The translations under genes and the position numbers were made by a program. Below are positions 49,191 to 61,367 of a stretch of DNA of 64,000 nucleotides, piece by piece. Source of the DNA: Azolla caroliniana. Lineage: Eukaryota; Plantae; Polypodiophyta. The stretch is taken from NCBI GenBank assembly GCA_043228905.1, contig JBHGNT010000003.1, positions 8,556,001 to 8,620,000 of the forward strand. Reading direction: 5' to 3'. The notes under the pieces were generated by a model that saw only the letters and a list, made by a program, of their open reading frames with translations, did no database searches and was not told the DNA's origin. Each line of letters opens with the position of its first letter. The first letter of the stretch is position 1.

Positions 49191-52100
49191 TGTCGCGTTA
49201 TTACGCGCGTGTGTGTAGAAAGGTGGGACCACGGGGGTCCTGGACTAGCGAGTGACAGAGCGCAGGAAGTCGTGCTTCACCCTTTTCGGGGCACCCCAGG
49301 AGCACACTAGAAGCAACCGAACGAGAGAGAGAAAGAGAGGGAGACAGAGAGGGAGCGCGTGCTTGACACCGACTCATGCATACACACGCACACACCGACT
49401 CGACTCACGCCCTTATGTGCAGGAACGCAGGAAAGGGGAAGTACCCAACACCAACAGAGACACGAGTATACACAGACAGACGCAAAAGTATGTATTACAA
49501 GGGAAAGAATACAACCCCGGCTTCGAGCCGGACCAAGCTAGGGTAGGTTACAACAGTAGTCTGCAGCCAAGGCGCCGTCCGGGGAGCTCTCGGGCTCGTC
49601 ACGCAGAGCGGGGTCTTGCATAGGAGACCGAGCGGGAACAACCCTCCACAGTCCACCCACACCGTGAAGAAGAGGAAGAAGAAGTAGAAGAACTAACCCT
49701 AAATCTAACGGTATACCCTCTAACAAAAAATGGGCAACCCCTCTACAAGGGACCATCCCTTCCTTTTATAGAACAAGGAGAGGGATGCGTTACAATGTGG
49801 GTTAAATCCTGATTTACATGGGATTCTTCGTCCCGACTTGACTCTTATTATTCACACAATTACATGAGGGAGAGTGCACATGGTGCACCCCGCCGATGTA
49901 GCCAATATTTCCCGGTTTCCGCCTCTGGACGAAATTCTTCACGACATTCGCCCCCATCTAACAACACGTCCACCACTATGTGCCAAATCTGGTGAAGGGT
50001 GAGAGATTTCGGCCGGTGAGAAACCGGTCTTCCGTAATCCGCACCCCGGCTCGCTGCCGGTTTGAACCATCAGCTTCGGTTCTACCTTCGCGCTTACCTC
50101 CCCGTAGGCTCGTTTGACTCGTCGATGGGTCCTTCGCCGCGATCTCTGTAGTACGCGTACTTCCGCTGGCCCTTGTTCGGCCGTATGCACGCTCCGTTCT
50201 CCGCCGTATGCTCGATGTCCTCCACTTGAAGAACGCCCATAGTGGCCCGCTTGGCCTCCGTCGACCATTCGTGTTGTCCTGATTGCCTTCCCATGTTGCT
50301 TCGCGTTGCCTTCGTCCTCTCGCCGCCACCTTCCTTCTCCATGGTCTTACGTCGCTGCGTCGGCTCGAACCGCCATGGTCTCCGGAACGGTGTGGAGGAT
50401 CTTTTTCTGGCCTTCTACGCGCTACCTCCGAACTGCGCAACCCATCTTCGCACTCGCCTTTCCACTCCGGCACCTCCGTGTGCCGCATACCCTCGTCCGT
50501 TGTTTAGCACTGCCTGTGCCGTACTCCGATTCATTGCACGCCTTGTCGGCCCCTTTCTTGGCTAGATCGTGCACCGCCGCTCACCCGCATACCAGTGTCC
50601 TCCGCATCCGAGGAACACCCCGTAGTAGCTCGCTTGGCCCTTCCCGTCTTCGTGCTGCTGCAACAGGTCCTGAGTTTTCCGCTTGCTGTCGTCCCCTCGC
50701 CCCCACCAGCTTGTCACCCCGGGCTTGCCGTGTCAGTCTTCGCTACCTCGACGGAGCTATCGAGATCTACGAAGCAAGTGTGGAGGATCCTCCTCTGGCC
50801 TCTCTTGCCATCCCCTAACTCCGACCCTGTGCAATCCACTAGGCACCCGTCACCTCGTTCCCGGCACCTCCCTTGTGCCGTCTTCTGCTTCCTTTGTTCG
50901 GCACCACCCGTGCCGAACACCGTCCAATAGTCACGCTTCGATCCGGCCCACGATGGCCACTTGCGAGACTCTTGTTCCGTCCCAGGTGTGCCTTTTCGGC
51001 CCGACACACCTCCCCGGGTTTGCCCTACCGGCTCCTTCCGCTACCGTAACCGGCCGGTAAGGGCTCCACACTTCGTTCGTCCTGTCTTACCGACCTTTGT
51101 CGATGCCAGGTCCCGTCCCTTGCCGCCACCTTCCTTCTCCCTCGGTCTTACGTTGCCACGTCGGTCGAACAACCGTGGTCTCCGGAACGGTGTGAAGATC
51201 CCATAGGACCGGTCTTCGTTTCGTTGCTTGCCGAAATTCAGGGTGTCTTTGTTGGAGTCCCTCCCGGATTCTCCTCGTGTCTTCTGCGTAGCCGCCACCA
51301 ACCTCTCTCGGTCTCATGTTGCCACGTTGGCCGACCAGTCGGAGTCTCTGGTTTGGTGTGGGGATCCCGTAGGACCGGACTTCCTTACGCCCACTCACCT
51401 TGCCGGAAGGTTTGAGATGGTCCGTAGCCGCCTTGCAGGCCTGATACCTTCTTTCTCTACTTCCGTCGTCCGATCACGTTCACCTGCCGCCACCTATCTT
51501 CCCTATAGGACTCACGCCGGCACTCGGGCCGACCGCTGGATCGGTGTGAGGATCTTCATGGGACCTTGGTTTGCCCGCCCTTGTCCCCCCGCCACCACCG
51601 TCAATATCTTGGTCTTACGCCGACCGCGCTGCTGACTGCCGAAGTCTCTAGATCCAGTGTGAAGGATCCTCCTTGGGCTCCTCGTATCCTTGACCCTTAT
51701 CCCGGGTCTTCCTTCTTTTGCAAGTCGAGAGGGTGGCTTGCTCCACACCCTCTCCCGTGGTACCGACGTACCGTGTTCCCGGCCTCTTCATAGGCCTGCT
51801 CTCTTCCTCCCTCCCGCAATGGTTATCTGGGAGTCCACTCCGCCCGGTTCTCGTCCGGGTCCGTTCGTCATTCTCCGGATTGCCGGGTCCCGTTTTCCTG
51901 TCGCCACCGACCTCTCCTATAGGACTCACGCTGGTACTCGGGCCGACCGCCGGATTGGTGTGAAGATCTCATGGGACCGGTCTTTGTTCTCCTCTTCATC
52001 CCCGTACTTCTCTGTAACTTGTCGCCACTCTCCTTGTTGCGTTCCCGCCTCCATCTTCCATCTCTTTCGGTCTTACGTTGCCCCGTTGACCGAACAGCCG

Positions 52101-54637
52101 TAGTCTCCGGATAGGATGTGGCGTAACCGATTTCGCAACGTCTTTTGGCAACTCGTCCGGGCCACCGCCCCTTTTAGTGGTGTCGGTGGATAGCATCTGC
52201 TCTGTGATCAATCAAGCCCCGCCTGAGCTTGATTCTCCAATGTCCGGAGTTTCGGCTCCGATGCCGATCTTGCCAGACTCGTTCCGAACCTCTGATCACC
52301 CTCCTTCCAATTCCCGACCTTCGCCCGCTCGGTCTTTCTCCCCATGTAAAATAGGGCGGCTCGCCCCACACCCTCTCCCGTATCGGCACCTTTATGCCGA
52401 ATCCGGCCCCGATCGAACAATCCACGACCGGATTATGCTCCACCCGTATCAGAGCGTCACACGTTTCGGTCCCCGGTCGGGTTGTCCCTTGGTCTCTTCG
52501 TCGACCTTTTCGCGGGCCTTCTCCCATCCATCTTCGATGGCATCGTGCCAGGACTCCTTGATACCGTCATCCATCTCCGCAGTCTCACTTGGGCATAAGG
52601 GCCCGAATGCCGAGTTCTCCGGAATCGGGTTCGAGGGCTTTTGTCCGCTCCTTCCCCGTATCGTCTCGCCGGTGATTCTTGGTCTCTCGCAGCCGTCTTC
52701 CTCCTCTTGGGACTTACGTGGGCACTCGGGCCTGACTATCGTCGTCTCGGGAGCAAGTGTGAGAAGACGCAAAGAATCGCCCATCCGTTTTACGCCCTTG
52801 TCCGTAGCCACCGGCTCTTCGTGGTCGGCGGTCGTCTCCTTACCGATCGCGCAAGCCCCGTCTGGGCTTGCTTCTCCAATGACCGAGGTTTCGGGCTGAC
52901 ACGCCTGACACCGCTGGTTCCAACGTTCCGATCCCACGATCGGTATCTCGGCCTCGTCCTTGGCCGTTCTATCTCCGCAAGTTGAGAGGGCGTTTTGTTC
53001 CGCACCCTCTCTTGTGGTACCGTGGTACCGACCTTCCGTCATCGCGTGGGGCAAGTCCGTCTCCTCAGTCTCGGCTTGCGGCCTCGATCTTTCCTCTTCC
53101 TTGAGCATTGCCTCGAGAGCTGCGTATGCCTCCAAAATCCTGGCCCCAACGCCGACCCTTGCCGACTCTCTTTGCCGTTCGGCCTCTTCCCGCTGTGATG
53201 GCATGCCGTCGCGCGCCTTCCTCTTAGCCTTTTCGGCTCGCTCATTGTCTAGACGTTGGCACACCCTTCCAACCTTCGACCAGTCCTCCGAAAGCCCATT
53301 TGCTCTGTCATCATCTTCGAGCTCAATCCCGATGGCCTCCCGTTCCGCTCGGTCAATCGACCTGACGAACAATAGGACTTTGTTCGCCCCCACCAAACCT
53401 TGTTCCCGTTCCCGGAGCCGAGCAAGCCATCGCTCGAACTCCCAAAACGCCTTCATTGTGCCACGGTGGGTCTTTGCCGATGCTACCCACTGGTCGAAGT
53501 CGTGCCGTCCCCGGCTCTTCCGCCGTCCTCCATATGCCTGCAGGGAGCGCCTCTTCAAAGGCCTCCCACGAACTATGAGCTTGCCGGAGCTCCTTCACTT
53601 CCGCGTGTGTACGGACGACGACAACCCAACAGAAGAACTCCAGCCTCAATGCTTCGTCCACGTCTCGCTCCTCCATTTCCGCATTGTAGGCTTCCAAGTA
53701 AGATGGGACTTCATCCCCGTTGAAACGGCCGACTCTTTTGACCACTCGCTCAACCGCTTGTTGCGCTGCTTCTCGCCTCATCACCACTCGTGCCGACTCC
53801 AACACCACTACGGCCACCATCACCGCGAGGTCGTCGTCTTCCGATTCCATCCTCCCTTGCCGCCTTTCACGTCGGGTTCACCAAATATGTCGCGTTGTTA
53901 CGTGCGTGCGTGTAGAAAGGAGGGACCACGGGGGTCCTGGACTAGGGAGTGACGGAGTGCAGGAAGTCGTGCTTCACCCTTTTCGGGGCACCCCAGGAGC
54001 ACACCGGAAGCAACCGAACGAGAGAGAGAAAGACAAGGAGAAAGAGAGGGAGCGCGCGCTTGACACCGACTCACGCACACACACACCGACCCGACTCACG
54101 CCCTTGTGTGCAGGAACGCAGGAAAGGGGAAGCACCCGACACCAACAGAGACACGAGTATACACAGACAGACGCAAAAGTATGTATTACAAGGGAAAGAA
54201 TACAACCCCGGCTTCGAGCCGGACCAAGCTAGGGTAGGTTACAACAGTAGTCTGCAGCCAAGGCGCCGTCCGGGGAGCTCTCGGGCTCGTCACGCAAAGC
54301 AGGGTCTTGCATAGGAGACCGAGCGAGAACAACCCTCCACAGTCCACCCACACCGCGAAGAAGAGGAAGAAGAAGTAGAAGAACTAACCCTAAATCTAAC
54401 GGTATACCCTCTGACACAAAATGGGCAACCCCTCTACAAGGGACCATCCCTTCCTTTTATAGAACAAGGAGAGGGATGTGTTACAATGTGGGATAAATCT
54501 TGATTTACATGGGATTCTTCGTCCCGACTTGACTCTTATTATTCATACAATTATATGAGGGAGAGTGCACATGGTGCACCCCGCCAATGTAGCCAATATT
54601 TCCCGGTTTCCGCCTCTGGACGAAATTCTTCACGACA
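49191..54637 (-). mobile_element. Element F: pol-less tRNA-Trp-primed LTR element with a GC-rich LTR whose U5 end resembles B
   Basis: LTRs 49191-49946 and 53888-54637; TSD ATGT/ACGT; perfect Trp PBS 53867-53883; PPT next to 49947; no PR, RT or INT motifs internally. Confidence 0.93.
49976..53850 (-). pseudogene. Element F Gag-derived long ORF, frameshifted, with an expanded PET-type repeat tail
   Basis: 53353..53850 (VGRFNGDEVPSYLEAYNAEM) and 52449..53558 (VLLFVRSID..GLSEDWSKVGRVC; PETTIVRPECPRKSQEEE); PETTVVRPTWQRKTEGEG in 51087..51398. Confidence 0.75.
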
Positions 54638-55066
54638 ACGTAGTGTACGAAATACACAACGACAACGTACCGGAGGATGTGCGGTTTGGTGGGGGCGGAT
54701 GTCGTGAAGATTTTCGGCAACGGTGTGCAAATTGCATGGAATGTACAAAATCAAGTGTGGTTCTTCACACACAATATGAAACAATAGTAATGAAGATATT
54801 TTTTATATCTTGGTAAGAAAAGATGGATGTCTTCAAGAGCTTCCGAATGCATTTTACTATATGTGAAATGGACAACTTAGTGTCAAGTTATGTGAGTGTA
54901 AAGTTTGAGTGTAAAGTTTGAGAAGAAGAAGAGAAAAACAAAACTGTAAGATATCCCACAATATATAAGCAAAGCTAGAACTTATTACTTTCTATTTATG
55001 AGTGGAGAACAGAATGTTCTTGGGCTAAATTGTGGCTTAATTGCATGTAATGGTTTTGGGTGACCG

Positions 55067-55290
55067 GACGGTGACGGAGCCGCAACCGGAACCGGATGGC
55101 GATGGACGATAACAGAGCTGCAACCGAAACCGGACGGACGACGATGGAGCTAGAACCGAAACTGGACGGACGACGATGGAACCGAAACCGGACGGGGATG
55201 ACGATCGAACTAGGACCAACACCAACATTGGAACTGAACCGGATAGACTGGATCACCATGTCGGATGCGGACCGGATGGACCGGATAGAC
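55067..55290. repeat. Degenerate tandem repeat (gaaccg/gacggacgacgatgga units) in LTR K
   Basis: Repeated accggacggacgacgatgga-like units; a shorter equivalent lies at ~30476-30555 in E. Confidence 0.7.
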
Positions 55291-55858
55291 GGATCGATCA
55301 GATAGGTTGATCGTGACGATTTTGGTGTGAAATGAACAAAATATCTAGACTAAAAAACCTAGTAAAAGTTTGTATACAAAGGGATGCAAGCAAGGTTTGA
55401 ACATTGCACCTCCAAGATAGGAGGCAATAGCCTTACCACTAAGCTAAGTCATTTTCTTAAAAATGTTTTTTCTATCATGCATCACATGTAATCCATATAC
55501 TTTTACTTGATTGAGTGACATGGTTGTCATGCATCACATGTAATCCATGAGCACCAAATGGCAAACATGCATCACATGCATTCCATGCATTGTATGCATG
55601 TCTTGTACCCTTACATGCATCATATGCATGGGAGCATCTATAAAAGAGTGGTTGAAAAATATCAAAGGGGAGCGATGTATTAATCAAGAATTTAATAATA
55701 ATAATAAATTCGTTATCCAATTGATGATATATCTTGTTCTTCAAATCTAAAGTCAAGAGTTCAATCTTAAGCTCTCTCTCCATTTCAATCTTTCTCAATC
55801 TAAAGTCAAGCGTTCTATCTTATCTCAATCTCTCTCTCTTTCAATCTATCTTAAATCC

Positions 55859-58800
55859 TGTAAACGTAAGTGTTTGCGGAAGCATAAAACAGAGAACAAC
55901 ACAGAGAGAGAGAGAGCGAGAGAGACAGAGAGAGTAGAACGCTATTTCAAAAAAAAAATATCAAGACTCTGTAAAACCACACTGTGCTAAGTAGTACTAT
56001 TTATACAAGTCCTCTTGGGACTGACAGAAGTACCATGTACTTCAATGCTCACACGAGCATCTGACACTTACTACGAGACTATAGATACCTAGTAGTCTAT
56101 CCTATTCTAGGCTTCCGATTGGACTGCCGGTTACGGATTGCACCCGGCCTCCACTGCTTGCCGGTTCGGTTGCTCACCGTCATACCGATCCGTTTCGCCC
56201 GATCCGTCTCGCTTACCGGCTCCGGTTGAGCTTGCCGCTCAACACTCCCCCTCAAGCTCAACCTGAGGTGGGGTCGTAGTGTCGACCTCTGTGGCAGTCG
56301 GTTCTTTCAACCGACTTCTCCTGGCGTCACTCTGCCTTGCTCGCGCTCCTCGTCCGGTCCGGTCCCGTTTGCCGCGACCCCTTTGGTTCTGTGCGCCTCG
56401 ACCCTCTCGGTCGGCATGTCTACTCAATAGGCCCATCTCAGCAGTCACGTTGCTGTGACTCCGGCGCTTGCTGATCCGTTGGTTTTCCCACGATGGCATG
56501 GACTTCCGCTGTGTCCGTGTCCCCTTGGTCTTCAGTCGATCCGACTCATCCGGATCCATCTATTGATCCGAGTCAGCTGTCTCCGACTCGTTCCAGCTCT
56601 TGTCCGAATTGGTACACTCCGATTCGACTTCCGGCTTCAGGCCTCTCACCACATCGGACCACTTCCGAGTCTTGGCCTTCTCCATGCTTCCCTCGGCTTC
56701 TTCAGCCGGTGAACCGAAATCGAATTCTTCATTCGACTCTGCATCATGGTCAGTACCGTCGTGATGACCTCCCCACAACATGCACTTCTCTTCCTGAGTG
56801 CACAACTCTTCTTCACAGCCGCTTGCTCCGACCTATTCGGATGTGTCGACTTCCTTCGTCGACTCGGCTTCCTTCATCTTCTTGTCTCCTCTTCTTCCGG
56901 CTCTCCTCTTACCGACGGGTTCAACAGTTTTTTTGCCTTTGCCCGTTTCGATAGGGACTTTGCCCTTGCTTCTCCCCCTCAAGTGCGGCACGTCGAGATG
57001 CTGAATACCAAGCATGTCGGTAAAGTGCTGCAACTTGTCCGATCCGAGCGGCTTGGTGAAGATGTCGGCAACTTGCCGATCCGTATGAACATACCGTAGG
57101 TCAACTTCACCACTCAGGACCCGCTCACGCAGGAAGTGGTAGTGCACCTCGATGTGCTTTGTGCGAGCATGGAACACAGGGTTCCTGGCGAGCTGCAGGC
57201 TGCTCATGTTATCGCAGTAAATCGGGATCGGGGTCGATACCTCGATCCGCAAGTCTCGCAGCAGTCGCCGAAGCTAGATGGCTTCACAAGTGGCAACGGT
57301 AGCGGCCCGGTACTCAGCCTCAGTGCTTGACAAAGCCACTGTGGGCTGCTTCTTGCTGCTCCACGCAATGGCCGCGCTACCTATGGAGAACATGTATCCG
57401 GAAGTGGAGCGGCGATCAGACGCATCGCTGGCCCAATCAGCATCTGTGTAACCGACAAGCTCTTCGGGTATACCTCGCCGGTATAGCAGTCCCCAGTCCT
57501 TAGTGTCGCTGACATACTGTAATATTCGTTGCGCACATTGAAGGTGCTCCACGGTCGGCTTCTGCATGAACTGACTTACCATGCCGATCGGATAGCTGAT
57601 GTCGGGTCGGGTGATGGTTAAGTAGATCAGGCTTCCGACAACCTGTCAGAATCGTTTCTCATTGCAGGCCGGACCGGAGTTGGGACGGAGCTTCTGGTTC
57701 CGGTCCAGGGGTGTGGAGACAGGTCGGCAATCCGTCATGGCGAACTTATACAGCATATTCAACACGTAATGTCGTTGTGAGAGCAATATGCCGTCGGGGG
57801 TCCGGATCACTTCGATCCCAAGAAAATAATGAAGGTCCCCCAGGTCCTTCATTTCGAATGCGTCCGACAACTGGGACTTGACGCGGTTGATTTCGGGAAG
57901 ACCCGGTCCGGTGATGACTAAATCATCCACATACAAGAGTATACATACCGGACCGTCAGAGCCTTGCCAGATGAACAACGAAGAGTCCGACTTAGAGACA
58001 ACAAACCCCAGCTTACGCAACCGGTGCGTGATCTTCACGTTCCAAGCTCGGGGGGTTTGCTTCAAGCCGTAAAGTGACTTCTTCACTCGGCATACCGCCG
58101 ACTTGTTCATCTCCGATTGAAATCCGGGGGGCTAAGTCATAAAGACTTCTTCTTCAAGCTCTCCTTGAAGGAAGGCGTTCTTCACATCCATCTGGTGAAG
58201 ATGCCACCCCCTTGCCGCAGCAACCGCCAGTACTACACGAACCGTCGTCATCTTCGCCACAGGAGCGAAGGTCTCGTCGTAGTCGATTCCGTGGGTCTGC
58301 GCGTATCCCTTCGCCACTAGCCGGGCTTTGTACCGGTGAACAGAACCGTCGGCGTTGTACTTGACCTTGTACACCCACCTGCATCTGATCGGTTTACAGT
58401 GATGGGGAGGATCAACTAGGTCCCAAGTTTCGTTGGCATCGAGTGCCCGCATTTCTTCGTCCATAGCGGCACGCCAATTTGCGTCCTTTGCCGCTTCTGC
58501 GTAGCTCTCTGGCTCACGCACTTCTGTCACTTTAGTCATGTACGCATAATGATGCGCCATGTATTCATTGTACCTGTACCGCATGACGGGATCCTTCTGG
58601 CGGGTTGATCGGCGCAATGCACCGTCACTTGATTTGAGGCCCTTCTTGGCCAGTTCGGTCTTCGTTGCCAAAGATCTGCCTTTCTCCTTTCCGGAGTCGG
58701 ATACGCACCGATCCGACTCATCGATGCCGGTTTCGAATTCCGGCATCTTCCTTTTCCCTTTCTCTTTGCGTGTGAACCATTTCCTCGGTTCCTTGCGCGG

Positions 58801-60666
58801 GGAGAGCATGGCAGAGTCTCCACCACTTGCCGTCTCTTCATCCGACTGGTCCAACCGACTCAGTCGCTCGTTCGGTCCATTCAACCGTAACGATTCCGGA
58901 CTCTCATCTTGAGTCCCTGCATCATCATCCTCTGCCAGGGCTGATTCAGGCTCACTGGCCTGATCTTCCGGCATTGGGTCGGGATCGGAAGTCGGAGTTG
59001 GTACGGAGTACCAGGATGCCGATTCGTCGAACTCGACATCCCGGCTAACTCGGACTTCGTCCGGGGGTTATAGCACTTATACCCCTTTTGCTCTTGAGCA
59101 TAGCCGACTAGGATGCATTTGTCCGATTTTGCATCCAGCTTTCTCCGCTTCTGATCCGGCACATGCACATACGCTATGCTGCCGAATATCCGAAGGTGTC
59201 TTAAGTTCGGCTTGTGCCCGAAATACAGCTCATGAGCTGACACCTTTTCACTGATGCGGTTTTGTATGTAGACGGCCGTCTGGACCGCCTCCGCCCAGTA
59301 GAACCGGGGCATGCTCTTTTTTTTCCAGCATTGCCCTTGCTGCTTCGACGAGTGTCCGGTTCTTCCTTTCGGCCACACCGTTTTGCTCTGGTGTGTATCT
59401 GCAGCTGAACTCTCGCCGAATTCCCTTCTGCTGTAGATAACTAGTGAATTGGCCGGAAAAATATTCCTTTCCGCCATCCGACCGAAGGCATTTGATCTTC
59501 CTCTCCGATTCTCGTTCCACCATCTTCTGGAGGCTCCGGAAACAGTCGAAGACTTCGCTCTTCCGCTCAATGAGGTAGATCCAAGTATGTCGAGTATAGT
59601 CGTCGATGAAGGAGACGAAGTACCGGCTCCCGCCAAGGCTTACACTTTGTGCCGGTCCCCACACATCCGAATGGATGAGATCGAGCTTGTTACGGCTCCG
59701 GTTCCGTTCGGTGGGGAATGGAAGCCGATGTTGCTTCCCAAGTTGGCAGGCTTCACAAATTTCAGCTCTCCGGCCGCTGAACTTTGGCAAACCGAAAACG
59801 ACTTGTTTCGTTTGCAGGTCTTGAAGCCTCCGGTAGTTGACGTGGCCTATCCGCTTGTGCCATAGGTCGATGTCCGACTCGACCTTCTGTCGTTTCGCGA
59901 ACAGAGCGGTGCCAATGTCATTGGTGTTGAGGATAAACATCCTCCCGTCTCTGCGCCCTTGCGCAATGACTTCGCCCTCATCCTCAATGAAGCACCCGAG
60001 GTGTGTAAACCGCACCTACATCCCCTGGTCGACAATCTGACCGACGGACACCAGGTTCTTCGTGATCGTCGGAACGGGTAATACGTTCATCAGCTTCCCT
60101 TTCTGTCCGACGTGGCTTAGAGGGACTTCTCCGACGTGCACGATTGGGTGTGGAGTGTCGTCTCCGGTTTCGACTACTCCTAGCTGATCCGGTTTCTCCA
60201 GAAAGGAAAACCACTCTTTGTGGCTCGTCATGTGGTTCGACGCGCCGGAATCAACATACCACACTTCCTCCGTTTTGGAAGTGTTCTTCTTCATTGAGTT
60301 TGCCTTGTGATTCATCACCAAGGCTGGCCCCTTACCGGCCTTTCCGGTTCCGGATCCTCCTGATCTGTTTGCGTAGTGCGAGTTTTGCCGGCCATCCTTA
60401 CCGGTCTTGCCGGATCTGGATTTCTCTGAATCGGCTCGCTTTCTCCAGCACTCGCTTTCCCTGTGGCCTTTTTTGCCACAGTACCAGCATTCCGTAGCGG
60501 ATTTGTCTTGCCGGCCTCCGGCACCGCCTTGACTCCCCCTGCTTGTGGAAGTTCCGGAACTGCTGTCGGCACACTCATAGTGCCTCCGTTCCTGCTCTTG
60601 CCGGCCGCCTCCATTGCGTGCCGACCCACCTCTTCCACCATGCCCACAGTGTCGATCCATTCCCGT
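55859..60666 (-). mobile_element. Element J: degenerate D-related Ty1/Copia, nested in the K 3' LTR and interrupted in gag by element G
   Basis: 3' LTR 55859-56244; PPT at 56245; ORFs 60016..60660 (CWYCGKKGHRESEC, WYVDSGASNH), 59248..60015, 58132..58974, 57646..58110 and 56833..57252. Confidence 0.92.
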
Positions 60667-61367
60667 TGTCGTGATGTGGCATGTCTAGTGCGAGAAAAAC
60701 TCAAAAAATGAGGATCCACACACATTTCACGAATACTTGTAAAAATGAAAATAAATAAACCTAGGTCACAATGGCATTGAGTGCATGTAGAGGGTTGCAA
60801 GTAGGATTTGAACCTTGCACCTCTAAGGTAAGAGGCAATTACCTTACCACTAAAGCTACTACAAAGTGCTTTAGATGTTCTATATTTCTTTCTCATATTC
60901 AATATTCCGTAGGAAACAAACGAACAAAACCGTGTACACAAAACCACGGTTTTAAGCCCATGGTTTCCTGCAGGTCACAAAGCAAAACTGTGTGCACAGA
61001 AACCATGGCTCCAAGCCCATGGTTTTGTGCATGGACAAACCTATAAAACCCCTAGTACGGCTTGTGTAAGGGGGGGCTCAATATGATATGACCATCATCA
61101 TCACCATCAATAATATAAGCTTCTATTTCTTCTTCTTCGCATCTATCTTGTAATTATTTATCTACTTCTGAAAGTGTACAATCTTCAATCTTCTCAAGTG
61201 TAATAGGTCTTCCTCCAATCTTACATTCACATCGTCCTCTTCTCAATACCTTGACGAACATCCTCCTTGGTCCAAGACCCCGGTGGTCCCGCTCAAGCGA
61301 AGCACGCTCGCACGCGCATCTTCGCGACATATTTTGGCAAACCCGACGTGAAGAGCGGTAGGGGAGG

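Larger units (their letters stand above)
48314..54664 (-). mobile_element. C-family solo LTR (48314-49190 plus 54638-54664), split by element F
   Basis: Starts tgtcgtgcctttcggc and ends gtagtgtacgaaatacacaacgaca like LTR C; TSD ACAT/ACGT; contains an extra CCGG-rich repeat block at ~48985-49180. Confidence 0.85.
44790..55858 (+). mobile_element. Element K: 5'-truncated Trp-family Ty3/Gypsy carrying nested insertions
   Basis: Degenerate PR-RT-RH-INT at 44790-48272, highly similar to E; insertion at 48314-54664; PPT, then 3' LTR from 54700 (homologous to the E LTR), cut by J at 55859. Confidence 0.9.

Noticed and set aside
18916-60666. Mirror arrangement D-E...K-J suggesting a large inverted duplication
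   Set aside because: Junctions, LTR subtypes and truncation points differ between the arms; independent insertions explain it better
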